From Elsinoe ampelina (taxonomy: Eukaryota): 64,000 nucleotides of DNA. Position 1 is the stretch's first letter. Each line of letters opens with the position of its first letter. The stretch is taken from the NCBI GenBank assembly GCA_010093995.1, contig ML992506.1:630551-694550 (forward strand), given 5' to 3'. A program made the position numbers and the translations under genes. Below the pieces are notes generated by a model. It did no database searches. It worked only from the letters and a program-made list of their open reading frames with translations, and was not told where the DNA came from. Of the stretch, positions 37,354-47,843 are shown one piece after another.

Positions 37354-37582
37354 GGAGTGTGCTTCAAGGCCGGGAATGGAGGGGGTTTGGGGGTTGGGCC
37401 CGAGGATGGGTTCGCAAGGTCGGTGGGTCTGGAGAAGAGACGGGTTTGGCTGGGAGTGCTGGACAGGTATAGCGACGTGGAGGGGGTCATGGCATGCATA
37501 AGATGTAAAGGACATGTCAGCGTTAAAACCACTACCCAACCATCTACCTCTACCCTTCCGTCCGAACACCCTTTCCTCCCCA

Positions 37583-39144
37583 TCATCCAAGATTGATATC
37601 CTCAACCCTATAATGATCCGCCACAATCCTATACAAATAACTCGGCGCATGCCCACCCCTAATCACATTAGCATCCCCTTCTCTCGCCCTCAAACAGCTT
37701 GTGCACTTACAAATTCGTGATGTACAAATCCACCTTGTCCGCATCCACATAATCAAATATCGGATTCAACACCTCCACGTTCTCCACCATCTCCCCGTCC
37801 TCAAACCCCATCACCTTCCCCGGATCGCCGTACTCGATCAAATCCTCCGTGTCAAACGGGTACACGGGACTGAGCTTGTACACCCCGCTCAGCACCACGA
37901 CAGGCGTCTGGTGCACCTTTGCCGCTTGAGCGATCGTCTGTGCCCCCGCAGCGGCGATGAGGGATCCGTTGGCGAGCACGGAGTGAGGTGCCAGGATGAC
38001 TTTGTTGACGCGGGACATGAGCGCGAATACGGCAGAGTCCGGGATCATGATGACTGTGATGCCCATCGCGGTGAGGGGTTTCCAGCGCTCGTCTTCGTCG
38101 TCGCCGTCGCCGTCGCTTTTGCGGTGGCCGCGCATGATGGTGTCGTGGGTCGAGGCGTGGTCGTTGGGGTAGGCTTCGACGTGGACGACGGTGAATTTGC
38201 GTTTTCGCGCGGCGGTGAGGAGGAAGCGTTGGATGGTTTGGGATGAGGTGTGGGTCAGGATGATCTCGTTGCTGTGAATGTGTTCGAGGGCGTAGGCGGC
38301 GATTTGGTCGTCGACGATGTCGAGTTCGTCGAGGAGTTCTTTGATGCCGTCGATGACTTCGGCTTTGACGTCGACTTTGGGGTCGGTGATGTTGGCGATT
38401 TCGCGTGGGGTTTGGCCTTTGATGATGGGGGAGGTGGCGCCGATGGGAGGCGTGGCGGTGGGTGAGCCGCGGTCGGGAGTGGAGAGGAGGCCGAAGAGGG
38501 AGGTCATACCTGTGCTGGTCGCAGTGGTCATCATGGACGGGCGGATGGGCATGTCGACCTTGCTCAGGCTACCATCGATTGGCGATGCTGAAGCGCTGCG
38601 ACTCTGATGCTGTACCGGCACGTCCTCTGGGATGGTGACACCATGATTGAGGGGGCTGAACTGCGAAATGTGGGATGATAGGGCAGGTCGATGTAGAGAA
38701 TCGTTCTTGTTCTCTTTGGCAGTCGAGGAGCTGTTCTGGTCGTAATCGCTAGAGTCGGCGGCATTCGAGTCTGCTCCATCTTCGACCACTTCACGGATCA
38801 ATCCTAGTACTCTTCGAACGATGTTGCCAACGGCCATCTCCCGGGGCTGAGCAGCCACGAGCTTCTGGCCAACTTTGCGCACTCGTTCCAGGAGTGCAGC
38901 AGGCTCTTTAACTTTTGCCGATGCTACCACTCGCAGCAGCAGTTGAGCCGTGGCAATGGCGCATGGCCTTGAGTTGCGGATTTGTCGTCGTTTGAGCAAC
39001 CTATCAAGTCAGCATCTTGATCTTCATCATGTTGCGCCAGACCCACGATACGAATGACTCTATGGCCTTTTCGACGTTCTGCTGCTTCAAAGACTTTAAA
39101 AAGGTGCTTAAGCCAGGCATAGCCTGGACTTGTGTGGGCGCCAT
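37583..39144 (-). CDS. GCD7: Translation initiation factor eIF2B beta subunit
   Basis: AQPREMAVGNIVRRVL, EHIHSNEIILT, PDSAVFALMSRVNKVIL, GVYKLSPVYP, LYITNL|GGHAPSYLYRIVADHY. Introns 39046-39001 and 37710-37659. Confidence 0.95.
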
Positions 39145-39639
39145 TTCGGGATTAGGTAAGTGAGGGTAGCGAGGCCTCAGCACTGCCTGTCAGCGAAGAG
39201 GATGCGGTTCCTGATGTGGTGACTGTTCCAAGCGCGTCCAGTGAGAGACGCCATGGCGAGGATGAGGGGGACACTAGTCCTCCATGACTGCGATATCCAA
39301 AGAAATGTATGCAAGGTTCCACGTTGTAATAATCGTATTGTTCGTTGTGCTTTTGCTGTGTTTAACTTGCTGGTTCACTTCTCGAGACCTTGTGTCTAAT
39401 TCTGAGAGTGCTTTTGGCGATGTGACCTTGCTCTTAGAGGTTGTCCGTCGACCAAGAGGCGAAGATGTCACACACCCTGACCTGAGTCGGGGATACAACT
39501 TTTTCCTTTCCCGCGGCTCAATTTCGGCCCAGTGCAGGCGCGTGCCTTCACGCGCTTCTGCCCCTCCATGCATCTGTCTATAGCCATTGTACCGACCGCA
39601 TCGAAGGTTCTACCCCATATCCTCCTCCCGTAGCCAGCC

Positions 39640-40472
39640 ATGGCGCAGCCTTTCAAGCCCGGTCTTCTCCCCTCAGAAGTCGCCTTTCTGTGCGAGATGG
39701 AGCTTGTCACTGTCATCCCCCGGCAGCGCCTTGCGGGGCTCGACCTCCTCGGCGTTCGTACCTTGAACAATTGTGTACTTTTCCTCTGACACTTCTCCAG
39801 GGCCCAATACCTGAGCTACGACCTCCTTTTCCCACGCCACTACCATTATGGTACGCTCTCCTCTTACGGCGGCAGCAAAGATGCAACATCCGACCTCCAG
39901 CGTGGCTCTCAGTGTCGTCGCTGCAGTTGATTCTTGACTTTGAGCTAGAGCATGCGGGGGAAGCATTCAGTCCAGGACCACGGCTGGGAAAGGCAACGAC
40001 GTCGTCCATGGCAGAATCAAATCATGAGCTGGGAGCGAGTAGTCAGGCGGTAGGACTAGACGGAAGAGGGTACCTGGACGCAAAGAGCCTGGAGCCGTCG
40101 ACGCCTTTCTTGGGACATTGTACGGCGGAGGCGCAGAGGGACGCGTTGCCGTATCATTGGCTGGAGATGGCTCATCTGCTTCTGGCGCACTGCAGTGGAG
40201 ACATCGAGGATGCAGATGGCGTGAGAAGACTGGTCCGAGATCTGAGAGAGGTGAGGATGGCGAAGCTGAGACGAGGCGTAGGGATCCTGGATGCAGGCGC
40301 TGGAGTGCAGATGAATGGCGTAGGTGGGATGGAAGTCTGCGAGGTACGGGGTCTGGTGGGCGGTGTGGTTGATGGACTGAGAAAGATAGGGGCAAGTCGA
40401 GAAGTAGCGAGAAGAGAGCGCGAGGAAAACGGTGGCGTGGATGTAGACGAGGATGATGATGAAGACATATAA
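39640..40472 (+). CDS. PSF2: GINS complex subunit Psf2
   Basis: [19 protein letters not shown]...[12 protein letters not shown]...[41 protein letters not shown]. Intron 39754-39800. Confidence 0.95.
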
Positions 40473-40816
40473 TGACCGTTACGATATCACGACAATTGAA
40501 TAGTAGAGGACGTGTGTCATAAATGGCCGCAGCGTCTCCGCATTCAAAGTAAAAGACAAAGCTATCTCCTGGTATCTCTATGCATGAACCATGATGATGT
40601 GTCTGTCTGTCGTGGGAAACTCAGGGAAAGGGTTGTCGTTGATCGTGACCGGTCTGTTGGTTCAGTGCTAGCTGGTATTGCATAGAAGTACAGCGCCGTT
40701 GGCGACTGCTCGGGTTGAAAGGAAGTGGTCGATGAGAACCTTGAATAGCGGCCATGTCATGTCTATCTTGAAGATGCTCGACGAGTGAGTCAGGTACTGC
40801 GACATGATTCGAGCAA

Positions 40817-42659
40817 CTAGCTCTCCTTAGGAGCTCCGTCTGTCGCCGCTGACATGTTCGGCTCTGCAGGAGTCGAGCCAGGTCCGGTGCCCTTGCTCGC
40901 AGACTCCTCAGCTTTCTGTTGACTCGTCTTTGGCTCGTCCTCCGGACCGGGAGTCTCTTCGCGTTTGCTTCGATCCGACGTGGTAGTCTCGGATTGACCC
41001 TTCTTGACTTGCGACTCGAGGTCTTTCTCTTCGTCATCGCTCTGGTCGAACATATCGGTGTCTTGGTCTGCCGAGTCAGCGTCTGCATGAAACTCAGCGC
41101 CACCATCGCCGAGAAGAATGATGCGGCCCGCACGTGAAGTCAACATCCTAGTCCGCTGGTCAAGGTCCATCTCGTACTCGTCGCTATCGTTGTCGAAGTG
41201 ATGGTGTACTCCGGGGCCCCTAAATTCCGCTGTTGAAGGGGATTCAATATTAGATGTGTGCTTCCAGGTGGAAAAAGTAGCGTGCGGGAAGAGAAGCGAA
41301 GGGGAAAGGCAAAAGCAGTACTCTGGACAAGCACTTCAGATAGCCAGTGAACCAGCGCCAGACGGGTGCAGAAGGGAGGGGCCGCATATGGAAAGATGCT
41401 AGGGAGGGGTTATGACGAACCGTACTCTGGTGGAGCGCAGGGACCATCACCCTGAGCGACTCGGTCTGCGATCAACTGGTACCACTCCTCTTCCGTCTTG
41501 CCTCTGAGGAGAGCGATGACACTCATGGTCATGTTGTCGCATCCGACGCCGCCAGTCTCGCTGTTAGAGGCAAGACAGTTGTCCATCATGTTTTCGCAGA
41601 TCAGTTGGAGTTCCTGCTTTGCGGCGATTCCTCTTCGGACAAATTCGACGACTGCTTGGGAGGATTGGCAATCCCAAATGCCTGTACGTAATTAGATGTG
41701 CCTGATGCCGAGAGTAAATTGACTGTACCATCGCATGCAATGACGAGGAACTCGTCGTCTTCGGAGACGTCGTGTACAGTAACATCGGGAAATGCTGTGA
41801 CGATCTGCTGCTCAGGAGGCAGGTCGGCGCTCTTCTTGAACTCAAAGTCGCCGATGGCACGTGAGAGGGCAAGGTTGCCGTTGACGCGACCGAAGTCGAC
41901 GAAACCACCAGCGGCGCATATTCTGGCCTTCTCGCCTTCATTTTGCGGCTTGTGGTCAAACGAGAGAGGTTTCGCCCGGCCTTTGACACCAAGTACAGTA
42001 CGCGAGTCACCAGCGTTGCCCTGGTATGCTTAGTATCTGTCCATCCTCGCTCTTGTTGATTTGTCATACCACGAAAATCTTGTCTTTTGTGCAGATGGCG
42101 ACAGACGCGGTGCAGCCGGAGACTTCATCCTCGTATCTGGGGTCTTTCAAGTCCGTGTCAGTGCCTGCTCTTTCCTCGATTAAGACGAGGATGCATACCG
42201 CTCAAGATGGCTCGGTCAATGGCGAGAAAGCCGTCCTTCAGGGCCTGCTCGAATTGACCCTTCTTGAAAGCCTCTTGCTTTGCGATGATCTTGTGCAGAT
42301 TCTCCCCAGTGTATATCGCTACCTTGTCTCCTCCGTGACCATCGTAGACACCGAAAAAGCTAATCCGTATATCGGAGGCAGCAGGCTTCAGCTCTTCCTC
42401 GCCCTCGAGGGGTTGTAAATCAAGGATGCAGGCGTGCGCGTCCTCCATGTTGATTCGCCATCCTTGCATACACGAGATGCCATATGCAATGCGGTCATCC
42501 TTGCCTTGTTCCGACTTCTGTAAAATATCATCAGCCTTGAACAATCGCGTGATGCGTATTGTCGGTGGGACTCTGGTGGGTGGGGCGAGCAGGATCTTTG
42601 GTGTGGGAGCTTGGAGGCCATACCTTGTCGACTACGGGTTCTGAGAGAGTCTGACCCAT
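40817..42659 (-). CDS. PTC2: Type 2C protein phosphatase (Ptc2/Ptc3-like), multi-exon
   Basis: MGQTLSEPVVDK, MQGWRINMEDAH, FFGVYDGHGG, SGCTA, NAGDSR, VDFGRVNGNLALSRAIGDFEFK, IACDG|IWDCQSSQ, GVGCDNMT, across several GT-AG introns. Confidence 0.95.
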
Positions 42660-42914
42660 GGTGTAGACAAAGGATCGGGCAGGAGATGTGTGTTGAGTGA
42701 CGTGCCAAGTTGAGGATGAGATACGGTGGTGCGGTAGGTCGGACAAGTGGGGTTCGGAGGCTCTAGATGATGCACAAAGGGTCGGTTGTGCTTTGGTGTG
42801 GGGATCAGATCAGATGCTTTGGCCTGCTGTGGCTCAGCTCTCTCGTCTCTGGCTCAGGTTACCTTGGTCTGCGCGCGTAGATGGGCGAAATTCAAAGCGT
42901 GATTTTAGGCTTCC

Positions 42915-42930
42915 GGGGGGGGGGGGGGGG
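42915..42930 (+). repeat. Poly-G(16) homopolymer about 260 bp upstream of the PTC2 start
   Basis: 16 consecutive G residues, read directly. Confidence 0.9.
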
Positions 42931-44930
42931 CGGCAACGACGTCAGACGGCTGACATTTCCAGTTGGGCAATCGTGTGGTCTCTCGTGTAGTGCTCACTTA
43001 GTAATCGGATCGATAGGTGTATTGTGTCGTTGCCGGGAGTGAAGGACGTTGGAGGATGACGGTCGTGTGTTCGGCTTTGCAACGGCACCAAATTTGCAGA
43101 GATGCAATTCACAGCAATGCGCAGGCGGCCTTTGATAGGATGCTCCTGCCCGGTTGCTTGCCCTGCCTGACCTGCCTGTCCAAGGAGAGTTTTGAACGGA
43201 GCTTTGGCCGGCAGCAGCTCCCAACTTGGGCACTAATAAGCACATGTCACATCGCCCGCGTATTTGACTCGGCTCAACTTCAACTTCATCTCATGTCTCC
43301 ATGTCTTCCATCCCCGTATCATGTGTAGTGAGTATCCGTTTTCTTAGCCATTTGCATGTCAAGTTGTGCGCTTGCAAGCATGAAAACCCAGCGCTGGTCG
43401 ATCAAGATGCAAAGTTTTCGTCCCGCCCTCCCTTCGAGCTTATTCCCCCCTAAAAGAGTGAGCCGACTGGCCACACCAACCACCATCGGGTCAGCCGTAG
43501 AGGCACTGGAAGAGGCGCGCATAGCAATGGTCGAGTCTTACATCGATATGAAATGCACGAATCGCAATGGTGGGAACTCAAAACGCGGCTTTGTGGCATG
43601 TCGCCTGTCCTGCTATTGGGAGATTGGAGTGATCTGATTGGGGAGATTACTCGGTGATAGAGTGCCTCCAGACAGATATGTAGGAGTTCAGAGATGTCGC
43701 CAACGACAGACATCATGCCCTTGACTGTGCGACACATGGCAAAGGAAGATTAGGTCTTGCCCTCCAGCACAGCACAGACGACAAGCCATGCGTGCAGAGA
43801 TGTCATTTGAGAACTTCTCTGAGTCTCATCGAACATGAGAGGGCAATGCAACGGGGAACAGCAAGTGAATATGTATGTGGATAGTGCTCGTGGGTTGAGG
43901 AATATGAAGCTGAATCGTTCGCAGCCTTGTCGAAGCCACCGAGCGAAACCTGGACTCAGGGCACGACGCGTCTCATTCGGATTTGGTCGCGGATAACAGC
44001 TCAGCAGGGTCGTCACTGTCGTTACGAATAGCATGAACATAGATTCATGATCAGTAGTACAACAACATCCAGGCTTGCCGTCCTCGTCGTCGCGGTCGGT
44101 GTGGTGCCTTTCTGGGAGCTTCTTTCCAGATCACGCTTGTGCGATCCCGCGCTTAGCCAATTTCGACCTCGACCTTGACCTCGACCAGCATGTCGCACAA
44201 CACAAATGAATTCTGTCGCATCAATCACTTTGTCTTTTTCATCTTCTAGAAAGATCGGGGGCAGTGCTGAGTGCGTCAGTGCCACCTCACTCTCAAAAAA
44301 AGAAGGTAGGTTGAAGCTAATGCCTGGGCCAGGACCCTCAGCGATGAAATCCACACCGACCACCATTACGCAGAACTCGAATAGCACGTCGACGAGGACG
44401 CCAATCCGACTGATATTCCCACCATCTGGTGATGCGTCGTCTACTGATGAGCATTCTCAATCTCTCCAAACGATTCGCCATGTTTCGAAACTTTACACAA
44501 ACAGTTTCCTTTCGCTCAGATCAAGCTCGCCTCGTCGCCTACAAGCTTTCCCGTCCTTTTGCTTTGGGCAACAGTCACAGTCGCAAACCATGCCAGTACC
44601 TACCACAACTGCATGATACACTTTTCCGAATCATGATATGTTTCTTCTTTTCTCGTGATGCGAGTATTGCTTCTGCGCTGTCGCTTTGCTATAAGTGTCG
44701 CCCGTTTCCTGTCTTCCCTCATTCTCCTTACAAGACCCATCTCCTTTCCAGACATACAAGCATATCATTTATCCCTTGGTATTGCTCACAGTCTATCACT
44801 CAGATTACTTCACAGTTCTCTTCAAGCACTCCTCTTTCATATACCCACCCCCCTTGCTTAGCAAGTATCATCCACAGTTTCCAGTCATACAAGACTATCC
44901 ATCTCATCAGTCATTCAAGCATTCAAGGCA

Positions 44931-46139
44931 ATGGCTTTGTATAGCAAAATGGCAGCCAACAACTCCCATGGCTCTTCATCAGACGACTGGCGGGAGCGAA
45001 GGCCGACACCACCGTTGGTCAGCTCATGGTGTGAGAAGCAGCGGAGAATGGACGGGCCCTGGCGTCGCATGGGCATGAGCGAATCACCCGGCAACCCGGC
45101 TAGCTCACTGGCCACTCCTCCCCCGACCCCCTCACCTAATCCTCCGCCTGAGCCATCGCCAGCTCCTTCCTCTACCCTCTCCTCCTCTCCTCCCCCCACC
45201 ACCTCATCATCCTCCTCTCCCGACCCCTCGCCAACCCCGTCGGCTACCCAGTCGGATAACCCCCCTCCAACCTCTCACCCCGCCAACCCCGCCGACTCTC
45301 AGATCGGCCCCGGGTCCGACAATCCCCCTCCGACAACTCGTGGCACATCCCCACCACGATCGCGATCCTCACCACTGGAGGAAGCGCCTCTGGTAGGACA
45401 AATCATTCACCTACCAGCATTGCAAGAGATCGACCCAAGATCTCTTATCCACAAGTTCAATGCCAAAAATTGGCTCGGACCAAAGCCAGGTGATCATTAT
45501 CTGGTAGTACTCGAGGTCCACGACCAGTACATCGTTGCGGCACAATGCACCGCCTTCTCCGACTATGGATGGGCTCAAAGGTGCAAATCCCAAAAATGGG
45601 CCAGCCGCTACATCCCCCTCGGCCACGACCTCCACTGGACCGCTTCAACCGCCCAAGCTCTCCGCGTCGACCTCGAGCAAGGCAGCATGTCCAAAGAGAC
45701 ATTCATCAACATCGAGACGCCTCTGGTAGTTGAATGGCGCGTCTGTCAGCTCGTGGGCCCCGCGGCAAAGCTCCCCCGTCCTCGCCTGACGCAATACTCA
45801 TGGATGAAGCTGCACGACCTCATGCTTCACTACCAGCCCCCTCCTCCCCGTCCCCCTCCTCGCTACGGCTTCCGCAATTCACCGCCCCCGAGTCGACAAT
45901 ACGACAATATGGGGATGCGCAACTGGCTGTGGACTCAGACTCCCGGTTGGTTCAAGAGGCTCGTCCACGCGAGACCCTACCATGAGCCTTGTGACAATTG
46001 CCGCGAGCAACGCAAGGATCCAGAGTGCGGTCCGCATGTAGCCTGCAATTGTCCTTTCCAGTGGGCGTTTTGGGTCACGCCTGAGAATGGGTACCTCCCG
46101 AGCAGGTGGTACCTCGATCAGCAGCAGACTTTGGATTGA
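44931..46139 (+). CDS. Hypothetical protein: Pro/Ser-rich N-terminus, putative PemK/MazF-like beta-barrel domain, Cys-rich C-terminus
   Basis: 402-aa intronless ORF. Globular segment GQIIHLP...DHYLVVLE...IVAAQCTAF...RYIPL...LRVD...MSKETFINIE...V...RLT..SW.KL (about 45396-45834). C-terminal HEPCDNC..CGPHVACNC. The fold call is pattern-based only. Confidence 0.65.
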   Translation: MALYSKMAANNSHGSSSDDWRERRPTPPLVSSWCEKQRRMDGPWRRMGMSESPGNPASSLATPPPTPSPNPPPEPSPAPSSTLSSSPPPTTSSSSSPDPSPTPSATQSDNPPPTSHPANPADSQIGPGSDNPPPTTRGTSPPRSRSSPLEEAPLVGQIIHLPALQEIDPRSLIHKFNAKNWLGPKPGDHYLVVLEVHDQYIVAAQCTAFSDYGWAQRCKSQKWASRYIPLGHDLHWTASTAQALRVDLEQGSMSKETFINIETPLVVEWRVCQLVGPAAKLPRPRLTQYSWMKLHDLMLHYQPPPPRPPPRYGFRNSPPPSRQYDNMGMRNWLWTQTPGWFKRLVHARPYHEPCDNCREQRKDPECGPHVACNCPFQWAFWVTPENGYLPSRWYLDQQQTLD

Positions 46140-46230
46140 TGGATTTGTTGTTGTTTTCTGTATTCCGCATGGTGTTTTTGGAGGTTTGTATTGCCATTTG
46201 TAGGAGTTCTTGTTGGTATTTGTTGGATTT

Positions 46231-47289
46231 CTGGTAGTTTGTTGCTCAAATGTACATCATGATTCTTCCTAACATCCATCTTGGAATCTCATTCCTTGTC
46301 ATCTCGTGCTACATGTGCTTCGCCATTCACTACCAGCTTTTGATGGTCTCTGGTAGTTTTTGCTCAAATGTACATCAGTCCTACTCACATCGATCTTGCA
46401 AGCTCATTTCCTGCCATTCTATATCGTACGTGTTTCGCCATGTCCTACCAGCTCTTGATGGTGTCTGGTAGTTCTGAGCTTGTTCTGTTTCGCCAGGACT
46501 GCCTCAACTTCGAAGGCACTTCGGATCCTATTGCACAATCTCGACTGTGGCCGGCATTACAACTACCAGCGCTTTCCTGCCATTCTGGTAGTGTTGGCTT
46601 AAATGCACATCGCGATCCTTGCTACGTCAATCATGCAACCTTATTCCCTGTCATCTCATACTGCAATTGTTCCGCCAATTACTACCAGCTATATCTAATT
46701 TCTGGTAGTTACCGATCTATTTCGCGTCGCCACTATTGCCACCACTTCGAAGACACCTTGAGGGCACCTGATCCTGTGGTACAATCTCGACTGTGGCTGG
46801 CGTTGCTACTACCAGCTTTCCTCTCATCCTGGTAGTTTTTTGCGCAGAGATACTTCACGATCCTCATAACCCCTGATGACATCCTCCCTCTCAATGAAAT
46901 ATGGTCTGCCTGTCTCTGACCCGTTCCTACCAGGTCTTACTGGCTTCTGGTAGTTTCAAATACATCCTGCGTCGTCGCCACCACGTCGATCTTCACAGCA
47001 GCTGGAAATGTAATTCAGTCCTACTTTTTGCTGGCCTGATACCTCCCAGCAGTCTCTCGTAGTATTCGTACGATGCACATTACGGCAGCGCTCTTCTACG
47101 TACGCCTGTTTACGTGACATGATTTCTGACATACTCGACCTTAGGTACCCACCGGCTGTGCCCAGCTTCTGGCAGTATTTGCTCGAACATACCCCACTCA
47201 CCTCTTTGATTTATAGACGTCGTCGTGTGATCTTGACCTGAATGCATACGATACAATACTACCAGCACACGGTGATCGTCTCTGGCGAT
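46231..47289. repeat. Non-coding array of about 10 units (period ~109-127 bp), each with the palindrome (A)CTACCAG-N13(13-16)-CTGGTAGT
   Basis: Right-arm CTGGTAGT at 46231, 46350, 46465, 46585, 46702, 46829 and 46947; degenerate copies at about 47056, 47169 and 47282. Left arms at 46329, 46445, 46562, 46681, 46808, 46927 and 47258. Confidence 0.9.
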
Positions 47290-47843
47290 ACCTCGACGAC
47301 GGGTATTGCCTCGTACCTTACGAGGCTTTGATCCTACGAGATAGACCTGCGACGATGTTGTTCCTGGCAGAAGCACCTCCCATTCCAGCCCCCCTTACGC
47401 CGAAGTTCAGGCACGACAAATTCTTCCCCATCAATCGCAAGTCTTCAAGCCATCACCAGCTGACGTCCCACGACCCTGCAAACTCGCCGGTATCCTCTCA
47501 GCCCTTCCACCGAGCCTCTGAGCACCATCTACAGCCTCCAGGTTATTCCGTCCACGAGAGGAGTTGAAGTTGTCGACGTCCCACGCCCCGTCCCTCTCTC
47601 CCCGACACTCAAACCCGCATGCGACCAGTCACCTGCCGACCTTGCGTGCTTCTGAGAACCTTGTGTCACGACTCATGCGTGTCCTCGTCCACGGGGTTGA
47701 CCGAGTCTTGTAGGCTGTTGGACTTGAAATTTCCAGGCCGGGAATGTCCGTGGGGAAGTTATGAAGTCTGATGGGTAAGAGCATTTCGACTCGCACGGTA
47801 GGTGACATCGGTGATAGATGAGCTCGTGAAGTTACTGTGGAGT

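Noticed and set aside
46250..46835. ORFs across the array with a recurring YQLLMVSGS peptide
   Set aside because: Units fall in different frames, several periods are not multiples of 3, and the peptide just reflects the DNA palindrome.
46231..47289. Calling the array a bona fide CRISPR
   Set aside because: Eukaryotic context, no cas genes, variable loop inside the repeat, and ~90-nt spacers that are homologous to each other.
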